64,000 nucleotides of DNA from a bacterium. Its GTDB lineage: Bacteria; Hinthialibacterota; Hinthialibacteria; Hinthialibacterales; Hinthialibacteraceae. How positions within the stretch are numbered: position 1 is the first letter of the stretch; each line of letters begins with the position of its first letter. The translations under genes were made by a program, and so were the position numbers. The notes beneath the pieces are model-generated. The model did not search any database. It worked only from the letters and a program-made list of their open reading frames with translations, and was not told the origin of the DNA. The DNA is taken from contig CAXXMV010000006.1 in NCBI GenBank assembly GCA_963662285.2, positions 160,001 through 224,000 on the forward strand, in the 5' to 3' direction. Below, piece by piece: positions 17,969 to 26,846 of the stretch.

Positions 17969-20256
17969 CAACTTGTCCTATAAGCAACCATCAGATTCGC
18001 GCTTTTCATAATTACAAAGAGCATCAGCGTTCCCATTACGCCCAGTATGGGGATCAGCAGCGTTCCCGTCAGCAGGGCGCCAATCGCCCCGCCGGTATTA
18101 TCACTGGCCACCGCCCATGCGGCGAGTTGCGTGGTTTTTGTTTTATGCAATTCCAGCGCTTGGGCCGCCAGTGGAAATATCATCCCCGAAAAGACGGCAA
18201 CCAGCAACAGCCCTGCTAGTAAGAGGCATTCGATGATTACTGGATGTATGAAGGGTGATGACAGAATGCCCAGGCCGATCATGATTAAAATTAATACCAG
18301 GGTATAAAGGGCGTCGATGCGAAGCAAATGACGGGTAATGTTATGATAGCGCCGCTTTACCATCCGTACTCCTAAACTCCCCCCCAGCGCCAATCCCAGC
18401 ATGAAGGTTCCAAAGAACAACCCGACTTGCTGGTAGAGGCATCCCACTTTGCTTTGGAAGAAGAGCAGGATGGCGATTTCGGCGCCCATCGAGGTCAGCC
18501 CTGTTCCAAACAGAATGGTCAGCGGCGCTCCTGTGTTCGCCAGATTTCCTCCTATCATCCACGCCATGATCCAGTGGAGCATCAAGATTAACAATAAAAC
18601 CGTGAATCCCGCCATGTAAATCATTCCTTGATTAGATGCTATGTCTTCGATATTAAACCACTTGATATAGCCGTATTGCTTGCCCCAAACAACCAGATCA
18701 TATAGATAGCATAGCGGTCGGTTATCAGTGTTACGAGGTAAGTATTGCGTATTCTTCAATCCCTGGTTAACGCGGGCGATGCGTTCTGGTTCATAATACA
18801 ACGAGTAATAATCCGGCGAGAAACCAGGGATATTCAGGCCCGTCTGTTCATAAAGGTCAGACAGCAAATCGGGATCGGAGAGCAGGTCGCGGCTTGGTGA
18901 TGCGAAGAACCACCAGTCGATTCCGGGCGCGACCAGAACGTTTTGAAATACGTCGCGCAGGGTCCAGTAGAGCGTACCGTTGTAAAAACCGACATCGCCA
19001 AACTCATAATTGGGGGTTCCCTTGGTGGAGATGACGAAGACGCCGTCCGGCGCCAGTTTCGATAAAGCCTGTTGGAAAAATTCCTTAGTGTACAGCCTGT
19101 TCAATAATCCATTGGAGGGATTGGGTTGATTGATAATGATGGTTGTGAGGCGTTGATCCATATCATGCAACAATCTGCGGGGATCAGTAATGTTTTGTTG
19201 GAATACATTATTCTCATCGGCGATTTGGGTTGGTTGGATATCTTTCAGCAAGTCAATAATACCGGGGTCCATTTCGCCGTATATCAAGGTTTGCGGTTCA
19301 TGTTCTATTAGACTATGGTTCAGCTCATTTCCACCGCTTCCAAGCAGCAGGATCGATTTGGGCTGTGGGGATTGCGATAACGACATGTGCGCCCATTGCG
19401 CGGCTTGATAACGGTCGGGGAAAGAGAACAGCGGCGTTCCATTGCCGAAAACGGAGTATTGCTGGTCGCGTTCTCCGGCTTCGAGGTATTGATATGGCGT
19501 GTTAAGCGACTGGACTAAGTTGTAGCCGGGGTGAGCGTATCGCCAACGCGAGCGATTGCTCCAGTCCTGCCATTGACGGGGTTGCCCTAGGCCAATCAGT
19601 AGTATGGATAGTAAGAACAATGCCATCCACGCGCTGCGTTGTTTCCACCCGGTCTCAATCAGCAAAAACACGAAGGAGGTCATTGCCAACATAATTACAG
19701 CGAGCAGTAATGGCTGGATGACAATCAGTATCTTGAATGTTATCAATACGCCTGCGGTCACGCTGCCCAGCGATTCGAATGAGAAGACCGTCCCGATCCA
19801 GGCGGCGCTGGTTGACTCCACCGCACGGTTGGTTTTGAAAGATAGCGACATCAACGGGAAAGCCAAACCGAAGATCATTCCACCGGGTATGATGGCAGTC
19901 AACGCGATAACCGGCATAAAAAACGGCGAGGGTTTATCGCTTATGGGTATTGATAGTATCAGTGGAGCGAAGCGGATCCATAGCACGCTGAACCACAGCG
20001 CCAACGGAACCAGGAATAATGCGCCGCGCAGCCAACTATGACTGTTTCGTTCGATGGATAAAAAACCGGGGATATACGATCCCAGCGAAATGCCCAGCAG
20101 CCAGCCGCTCAGAAGCAGACCCAGCGTCAGTTCATTGCCGGATAGAACAATGAGTAATTCATGGAACAATACTACCTGCGTCAAAGTTGCACAACAACCA
20201 AGCATGATGCAAAGCAAGCGGTTCCAGATGAGTGGAGTCAATGGATGATGGTTCAT
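17968..20256 (-). CDS. Fused membrane (MFS-like) / spermidine-synthase-fold protein
   Basis: About 7 N-terminal TMs (LSGNELTLG). Central SAM-binding fold (SILLLGSGG, GEMDPG, NRLYTKEFF, NTDNRP). About 6 C-terminal TMs. Confidence 0.8.
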   Translation of the reverse strand: MNHHPLTPLIWNRLLCIMLGCCATLTQVVLFHELLIVLSGNELTLGLLLSGWLLGISLGSYIPGFLSIERNSHSWLRGALFLVPLALWFSVLWIRFAPLILSIPISDKPSPFFMPVIALTAIIPGGMIFGLAFPLMSLSFKTNRAVESTSAAWIGTVFSFESLGSVTAGVLITFKILIVIQPLLLAVIMLAMTSFVFLLIETGWKQRSAWMALFLLSILLIGLGQPRQWQDWSNRSRWRYAHPGYNLVQSLNTPYQYLEAGERDQQYSVFGNGTPLFSFPDRYQAAQWAHMSLSQSPQPKSILLLGSGGNELNHSLIEHEPQTLIYGEMDPGIIDLLKDIQPTQIADENNVFQQNITDPRRLLHDMDQRLTTIIINQPNPSNGLLNRLYTKEFFQQALSKLAPDGVFVISTKGTPNYEFGDVGFYNGTLYWTLRDVFQNVLVAPGIDWWFFASPSRDLLSDPDLLSDLYEQTGLNIPGFSPDYYSLYYEPERIARVNQGLKNTQYLPRNTDNRPLCYLYDLVVWGKQYGYIKWFNIEDIASNQGMIYMAGFTVLLLILMLHWIMAWMIGGNLANTGAPLTILFGTGLTSMGAEIAILLFFQSKVGCLYQQVGLFFGTFMLGLALGGSLGVRMVKRRYHNITRHLLRIDALYTLVLILIMIGLGILSSPFIHPVIIECLLLAGLLLVAVFSGMIFPLAAQALELHKTKTTQLAAWAVASDNTGGAIGALLTGTLLIPILGVMGTLMLFVIMKSANLMVAYRTS

Positions 20257-20301
20257 GGTAATAGGTTAGCCAATTGATGCGCCTGATCCATCCCCCAAGT
20301 T

Positions 20302-20394
20302 CCATGTCATTAAGTTAACCAGCCTTGTCCCCTCTCCCGCCGGGAGAGGGTTAGGGTGAGGGGATGTACAAAACAACTGAAGTTAATAACATTA
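20302..20394. mobile_element. About 93-bp MITE with IS4-like terminal inverted repeats (TIRs), copy 1
   Basis: Ends CCATGTCATTAAGTTAA and TGAAGTTAATAACATTA. Internal CCCCTCTCCC-GCC-GGGAGAGGGTTAGGGTGAGGGG palindrome. Aligns end to end with 61364-61453. Confidence 0.7.
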
Positions 20395-20425
20395 CCCCTC
20401 GTGGGACGTCAGGAAAAACACCGCC

Positions 20426-20965
20426 CTAATCAATCTGCGCATGAACTTCATCAAAATATAGGTACTTGCGCCATTCTTCCCGTCTTTCTCCCATCAATCG
20501 CACCAGATGGAGATAAGTGGGCAGGGTCGGTTTTTTTGGAGGATTGAGCAGATGCATGTCGATCTCACCTAAAAGATAATTGCCTTTGCGGTGGTTGCAT
20601 TTTTTACATGCGGTGACCACGTTGTTCCATGAATCCTTGCCGTTGCGCGAAATGGGGATCACATGGTCGAGGGTTAGTTTATCGGGAGAATAGTGTTGGC
20701 CGCAATATTGACATTTATATCCGTCGCGCAACAGGATGTTTTTACGGCAGAAGGGGATAGGGCGGTAGGGCAGTTTGATGAATTTCCGCAGACGGATAAC
20801 TTCGGGCAGATGGATGGTCAACGATGAGGAACGGATCACTTCACCGTTATGCTCCACAGCATCCGCCTTGTCGGTTAAGAGCAGAACGACGGCTCTACGG
20901 GCGGTGCAGATGTTGATCGCCTCGTAACTTGAATTGAGTACCAGGACGCGATGATAAGCGAACAC
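20426..20965 (-). CDS. HNH endonuclease (McrA-like, stand-alone)
   Basis: VLVLNSSYE N-terminus, NILLRDGYKCQYCG, LTLDHVIP and NVVTACKKCNHRKG. Confidence 0.92.
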   Translation of the reverse strand: MFAYHRVLVLNSSYEAINICTARRAVVLLLTDKADAVEHNGEVIRSSSLTIHLPEVIRLRKFIKLPYRPIPFCRKNILLRDGYKCQYCGQHYSPDKLTLDHVIPISRNGKDSWNNVVTACKKCNHRKGNYLLGEIDMHLLNPPKKPTLPTYLHLVRLMGERREEWRKYLYFDEVHAQID

Positions 20966-21005
20966 GGTTTTTCCCGACTTCTAGGCTTTTGATTTCACGC
21001 TCCTA

Positions 21006-21998
21006 TTAAGTCCACCGGTGAAAATGATGATCGGCGGAGAGCATGCGAAAGCCGTTGTTTTCGTAAAAGCGGATGGCTCTAAGGTTATCCGCCATAGTTC
21101 GCAACTCGATCAGGTTGGTTTGAGGCTCGAACCAGTTGAACGCGGCAAGCAGTAATGCGCGTCCGATGCCTTTTCCCTGAATACTACTGTCCACTGCAAT
21201 AAAATCGATAATCCCGATGGTTCGTCCGATATACGGAACTAACGATTGTTGAATCGGCGCCGAACAGAAACCGATGGGTTCTCCATATCTTTCGGCTATA
21301 AGTATGTGAAAAGCTGGCGACTTTGCGCAACGTTCCATCCATTCAGCGAATAGATTACGGGCGTCTTCCGGATCAAAGCGCATTTCACAGAAGAAATGAC
21401 TATATCGGTGAGACCGGCGTATTATATCTTTCAGTTTCGGCAGGTCCTGCTGGAGGTAAGGCCGAATCTTGAAACTATCATAGTTTTGAGATTGATGGCT
21501 GTCAATCATTTTTCTTTCAAGTTGGTCAAAGACCATGCGAACCGAGGTTCCCACCTGGACGAATCCTGAACGCCCCAACTGATACGACAAAGCATGTTGG
21601 TTGGCTTCCGCACGGGTAGTGTAGACTGATCCTTCGTGGATCAAAAGTTCATTTAACTTATCCGTGATCTGTTCAATTTCCCCCAGCTCGTCAGAGAAAC
21701 AGAAAAAAGGTTGAATTTTGTAATAGGGGATTCTGAAATGCCTGCTATGCCAATCCGACTTTTCGATTCCCGCCAGGGCCAGCAGTTTATCGCCGTGCAG
21801 CAGCGCTTTGAATCCCGCATCTTCCGGTTTTTGTTCAATCTGCTTAATCAGCCGGTCGCAATGAAAATCGGCGATTCCCGGTTCAGCCAGATATGAGACG
21901 TAGTGTTTGGGGCGCTCGCGGCGTTGTTGCGCGAACGCTTCTTTTATAAGTGGAATATGTTCTGCGCTGGTTTGCGTCCATCTTGATGAATATTGCAT
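21006..21998 (-). CDS. GNAT acetyltransferase (WecD/RffC-like)
   Basis: IAVDSSIQGKGIGRALL acetyl-CoA motif, NLRAIRFYENNGF, and SHFFCEMRFD..LFAEW. Confidence 0.8.
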   Translation of the reverse strand: MQYSSRWTQTSAEHIPLIKEAFAQQRRERPKHYVSYLAEPGIADFHCDRLIKQIEQKPEDAGFKALLHGDKLLALAGIEKSDWHSRHFRIPYYKIQPFFCFSDELGEIEQITDKLNELLIHEGSVYTTRAEANQHALSYQLGRSGFVQVGTSVRMVFDQLERKMIDSHQSQNYDSFKIRPYLQQDLPKLKDIIRRSHRYSHFFCEMRFDPEDARNLFAEWMERCAKSPAFHILIAERYGEPIGFCSAPIQQSLVPYIGRTIGIIDFIAVDSSIQGKGIGRALLLAAFNWFEPQTNLIELRTMADNLRAIRFYENNGFRMLSADHHFHRWT

Positions 21999-22060
21999 TG
22001 ATTATCACCATTCCAAGGTTGAACTTCAAATGTATCATAACGGAAGGAGCGCCTAAGACA

Positions 22061-23182
22061 ATGAGCATCACCCAACGTTTATTACAGTTAATTACTGGCC
22101 GAAAAAAAATAATCCCCTCCAGCGCACCGGCGTTGCAGGTTGCCGCGCCGGTGGCTGAATTTATTGATAAACTTCCCAAGGCGGAAATTCATCTCCATTT
22201 CGAGGGCGCTATCAACGCCGAAATAATTCTCGCCTTGGCGCGAAAGTATCTCGACCCGCAAATTAAAAATTATAATGATGCCAAATGGCTGCTCTACTTT
22301 GCTAATCCACATGATTTTTTCAAGAATTTTCTATACCTATCTTCACTCTTCCGCGAGGCGCAGGATTTCTATGACGCCGCTCTGGCGCTTGGTAAGCAAC
22401 TAAACGATCAGAACATCCAGTACGCCGAACTTACTATCGCCCCGCACAAGTTTATGCGTTCCGGCATCCCCTATCCTGATTTAATGGATGCTATGTCGCG
22501 GGGTCTGGTGGATGCTCCCGGCGCCGGTCAGCGGGAACACCGCTTTATCATAGATATCGTGCGCGACCTGGGGCCGCAGCTGGGTATGGAGATGATTCGC
22601 GAAGTAGAACAGCATCCCCGTTCGGATGTAGTAGGGATTGGATTAGGCGGCAGCGAGAGTTTCCCCCCGGAAGATTCAGTGGAGGTATTCCGCTACGCCG
22701 AGTCAATCGGATTGCGTAAAACCGCCCATGCCGGAGAGGGACTGGGCGCCCAGTCCATCTGGGGCGCAATCAAATCGCTGGGCGTCGAGCGCATTGATCA
22801 CGGAGTGCGAGCTGGGGAAGATGCTGAACTAGTCAAATATCTGATCGAGCATCGCATCCCCCTCAATCAATGTTTGACCAGCAACGTCATGCTGGGCGTT
22901 GTACGCGAACTTGACCAGCATCCCTTCCGCTCTTATTGGGATCAAGGCGTCGTCTTGACTATCGGAACCGATGATCCAGCGTTTTTTAAGACGAACCTGA
23001 GTGAAGAATTAAGAAATCTGGCGATCCATCAGGCTTTCAAACCCGAAGAGATGCCAGCTCTTATGGAAAACGCCATCAACGCCTCATTTATGGATCAAGG
23101 CGGTAAGTCGAAATGGATCACTCGCTTTCGCGCTGAGACGGCGCCGCTGCTTGAGGCGATGCGATCTTCCGGGGAATCCTGA
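22061..23182 (+). CDS. add: Adenosine/adenine deaminase
   Basis: PKAEIHLHFEG, AHAGE, ERIDHG and GTDDP motifs. ATG 22061 follows GGAAGGAG. The 3' end overlaps the convergent ORF by 65 bp. Confidence 0.88.
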   Translation: MSITQRLLQLITGRKKIIPSSAPALQVAAPVAEFIDKLPKAEIHLHFEGAINAEIILALARKYLDPQIKNYNDAKWLLYFANPHDFFKNFLYLSSLFREAQDFYDAALALGKQLNDQNIQYAELTIAPHKFMRSGIPYPDLMDAMSRGLVDAPGAGQREHRFIIDIVRDLGPQLGMEMIREVEQHPRSDVVGIGLGGSESFPPEDSVEVFRYAESIGLRKTAHAGEGLGAQSIWGAIKSLGVERIDHGVRAGEDAELVKYLIEHRIPLNQCLTSNVMLGVVRELDQHPFRSYWDQGVVLTIGTDDPAFFKTNLSEELRNLAIHQAFKPEEMPALMENAINASFMDQGGKSKWITRFRAETAPLLEAMRSSGES

Positions 23183-26100
23183 GCGATTCGTTTTGCTGCT
23201 GGAATACCCGCGTGTTGTATTCCATATAATAATTCATGCGCTCTTCATCCCAGGGGTATGATTCATCATCGCCGTACGGATAAGCCGACATGCCCTTGAA
23301 GGGCAGTGGCGCCACAGTGGTTCCATAAGCCGTGTTTTGATCCAGGTCTTTGACCCAACCCACCGCTTTCATGAAATAGGTCACGCCGTTTAGCGGCTTG
23401 TCGGGCGCATCGAAATGAACTACCGTCTCGTCGCCATGCTGGATAATGATGTACATATCATCAAAAGCCGTAAGCAATGGCGTTACATCTCCGTAGCGGG
23501 TGAAATCGCCTAACTGATAATCCCAACGGTCATTGGTATGCTGCGAACTGTAGTCGTACCATTTAGGCCCATCCTCTGATAAATAATAACTATCTGAATA
23601 ACCGCCGTAGCGCAGCTCAGCCTCTTTGAAGGGATGCTGCTGCACTGTGAAGCCGTCGAGTATGGGATCAACGTCAACCATAATGCGATCCCAATGCACC
23701 TGGACGGTTGATACAATGCGGATGGTGTGGTCTTCGCTTAAAAAGATATCCGATACATCGGTCGGCACGGTTTTAAGTTTACCAGCGGGGAAGCCCATCG
23801 GGTTGCGCACCGTAATCCACTGGCCTTGCTTATTCTTGACCTGCAACATGGGCATGACGAAATCATGCTCTGGATTCTGCTCCAGCGAGCGGGCGTTGCT
23901 GGAATTAGGCCAATCCAGGTAGCCGGTCATAAACAGATAAACCTGCTCCGCGCCTTTAGTATCATTCAGATCAATCTCAAACCAATGCTGCTTGACCACG
24001 CCATACATGCGACTCTCATTTTTCCAGGGCAGGGGATACTTATAGTCGTTTTCAGCGACCAATCGGGTAACGTCGTTTCCATGATTATCGGTCACCCGCT
24101 TGGGCGGACGCGCTTTATCAGAAATGCCTACCAATTTGAATTCAGGGAAGGGAGGCATGGAGAAGCACTCGTTGACATGTATCTCTTTGGCGTCGGGATG
24201 CGAGGCGGAGATCAGTTCCATCTGGTCCAGGTAAGTTATCTCGCGCAGTTCCTCACGCATCATGATTTCATAGATGCCGTCTCTGGCTTTTAAGTGTTTT
24301 TCTTCGATGCGGATATATTCATCAGCGTTGGGAGGATAGTAGCCCCCGCCGACATACAGGCCTAAGGGCGCGTTGCACAGCGAATCGGCGATAAAGTCAT
24401 AGCCCTCGCCATTCCAGGTATACACGAAGAGGCACGATCCAGCGTATCCCGGTTTCTCAGTGGCGTTTAGTATCTGGTTGGCCGGAGTGTGGATCAAATT
24501 TTGGAAGATTCCGTTAGGCCAGGTAATGCGGATAACGTCGGCCTGCTTGCGCTGACCCAAACCCAGATGCGTGACTTTGGATGACACTTCTTTCTTAATG
24601 AAGAAAGTATCGTCCTTAACCAATATCTTGGCGCCAATGCCGTCTTCGGTGTTCTTCGTACCCATGATTTGCAGGGATATTGAACTGTTCTGATTGCCAT
24701 TCAGGTTCTCCAAAGCACGGAAACCTTCATATGTGGTAACCAGCAGATCGAGGTCGCCGTCGAAATCAATATCAGCTGTTTGAGGGGAGGAATAATTATA
24801 TGCAGAAATTGCGAAATCCTTTTCCCGTCCCAAATCCATAACGTTCATCTGTAACTCAAAACCGAGCGGCGTCTGGTTCAGTAGCATTTGGCGGCTGTAT
24901 TTTTCTTTTGTTTGGTTTGCATCTTTCCCAAAGTATTTGTCTCTTTTAGGTGGTAAATTTGAAATAAGGATATCTTCATAGCCGTCATTGTTCATATCCG
25001 CAATGTTCTGAGGCGCCGCGAATGCATGGATGTTTTTATCCAATTCAGTGCTTACTGGTGAAAGAATCCCCGTTTTATTGTTAATTTTGAAGATGAAATA
25101 ATTCTTCTTGTAATCATCATCAGAACTGCTGAATGTTCCCAGAAGACAGATTTCCATTGATCCATCATTATCCATGTCCTTGGCGGTAAGTCTCAGCGGC
25201 TGGAAATCATCATTATAGTAATTAAATTCAATGGGATGGTTGGATGTCTTCTTAAACCGCACTTCGCGCAGGTTGGAGAAGACTTCTATGTTGAATTTAT
25301 TGGTCGATCCGGTCTCTTTGTCTGCTGGAAGCGCCAGCCTGATAATTTCCAAATCATTATCATTATCCAGGTCGGAAGAAGCCAGCGCCATGCTATGTCC
25401 TGTAGGCAGGCCTTCTATTTTATCAGTTACATCAGTGAACGTCTTATTGCCGTTGTTTTGCAGGATGATATCGCCCTTTTCACCGCACGCCAATAAAAGG
25501 TCAAGGTCGCCTTCCGCGTCGAAATCGCACCATAAGGCGTCAAGGCAGCCGGAAAATCCTTGGGGAGATTCAAACTGTCCGTTACATCCGTCAGTTTCCA
25601 ATCGCCCTGGTTTTGCAGCAACTTGACTGAAGACGAAGCAGAATAAAGGAACAAATCGGTATCTTCATCATTATCATAATCAGCCGGAGCGCAGTCGGTC
25701 CAGCCGCTTCCCAGGTCTTCGCTATGTTTGACTTCGCCTTTTGCGTCAACTATTAATAACATGGTGCGATAGGGTTTAACTACAACAATGGCGGTAGTGC
25801 GCGTCTCAATATCGGGGATGGCGGCGGCAAACCTGCCTATATATGGCAGGTCAGCGAATTTCTCTATATCCGGTTCTTTGCTGAAATCAGTAACTTTAAA
25901 AATGGCGTCAGTCCATGCTTTATTCGCAGCGAACTTGACTTTCAGATCAGACGAGAATTTGGGCAGGTATTCGGGCGGGATGTCAAATTCAATCGGCCCC
26001 AGAAATTTTCCTTCATCAATGGCGGATGCGGGGCGGTCCGGCTCGGTCTTTTTCAATTTCTGAAAAGTAGCCATCATCTCCTTGGCGGTTTTCATATCCT

Positions 26101-26653
26101 TCCTGGTGCGGGCGTAATACAGAAAGAGGTTGTAATAAGAGGGGGTATGAGCTGGATCGATCTTGATCGTCTTCTCAAACCACTTAGCTGCTTCTTCATG
26201 TTGTTTGAGGTTGAAATAGGCCAAACCGAGATTATACGAATTAGCCGCATCGCTTTGATCAACAGCATCTGTTTTCTGGAAATAAGTTAATGCGCTGGTG
26301 GTGTCGCCGATCTTTTTATAGGCCAACCCCAGGGTGTAGTTGGCGAAGGGATTATCTGGTTCCTGCTTAATGGCTTGTTTGAGGTACTTGATCGATTCAT
26401 CGTTCTTATCGCCATGATAATGCGCAATGCCCAGGTTGATGGTATCCGATACTGATTCCGGGACCATGGCGATGGCTTCTTGATAAACCCGGATGGCGTT
26501 TTCAAAGTCTTCTTCTTCCATATAAGCCGTACCTAAAGCCCTTAGACGGTTTAACTTGGAATTAGACGAGGCGCCGCATTCGCATACAGTTATAAATAAT
26601 AAAAAAGTTAACAATGAGAAGGCCGGCAAAATGTTCTTCATACAATAATTCAT
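23118..26653 (-). pseudogene. TPR + FG-GAP/CRTAC1 + ASPIC/UnbV protein split by a 1-nt frameshift near 25553-25556 (or an assembly error)
   Basis: The N-terminal part has a signal peptide, TPRs and ADYDNDEDTDLF. The C-terminal part has DFDAEGDLDL, DLDNDNDLE, DMNNDGYED, DIDFDGDLDL, THLGLG..IRITWPNG and GSCLFVYTWNG. Adding one T to GATTTT restores LPKDF-SGCLDALWCDFD. Start ATG 26653 follows GGGGAG. Confidence 0.8.
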
Positions 26654-26719
26654 GAAATAAACTCCCCAATTTGATGATAAAAAAAACATGTAAGATATAT
26701 AGCCCAATCGCCGCCGCAT

Positions 26720-26745
26720 GTAGGGTGCGCCCCTCGTGGGCGCCC
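26720..26745 (+). repeat. GTAG-type REP palindrome, family B
   Basis: GTAGGGTGCGCCCCTCGTGGGCGCCC; related copies at 30254 and, inverted, at 52884. Confidence 0.7.
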
Positions 26746-26846
26746 GGATATCCCTGCGCCCTGTTACTCATCAAAGCCGCTTCATTAACATATCCGCCAT
26801 GAACGATTTTATATTTCAAGCGAATGTAATCAAAGCCTTAAGATAT

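Noticed and set aside
20426-20965. HNH gene as a Cas9/IscB, homing endonuclease or restriction system
   Set aside because: It is 179 aa with no RuvC motifs, and there is no intron, methyltransferase or array nearby. It matches the common stand-alone HNH family.
20966-21005. In-frame GTG...TAG upstream of the HNH start, suggesting amber readthrough or recoding
   Set aside because: The AGGAG is only 1 nt from that GTG. The downstream GTG at 20965 has a usable GGGA and matches the usual family N-terminus. TAG is used as a normal stop elsewhere, for example in nadC.
23118-23182. 65-bp convergent overlap of add and the ASPIC gene as an antisense control system
   Set aside because: The overlapping tail is low-information and looks like stop-codon drift. 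Nothing else supports regulation.
26654-26719. ORF-track N-terminal extensions (26719, 21950, 54047, 9201, 15540)
   Set aside because: Better starts with an SD, translational coupling or family-typical N-termini lie downstream at 26653, 22061, 54137, 9168 and 15558.
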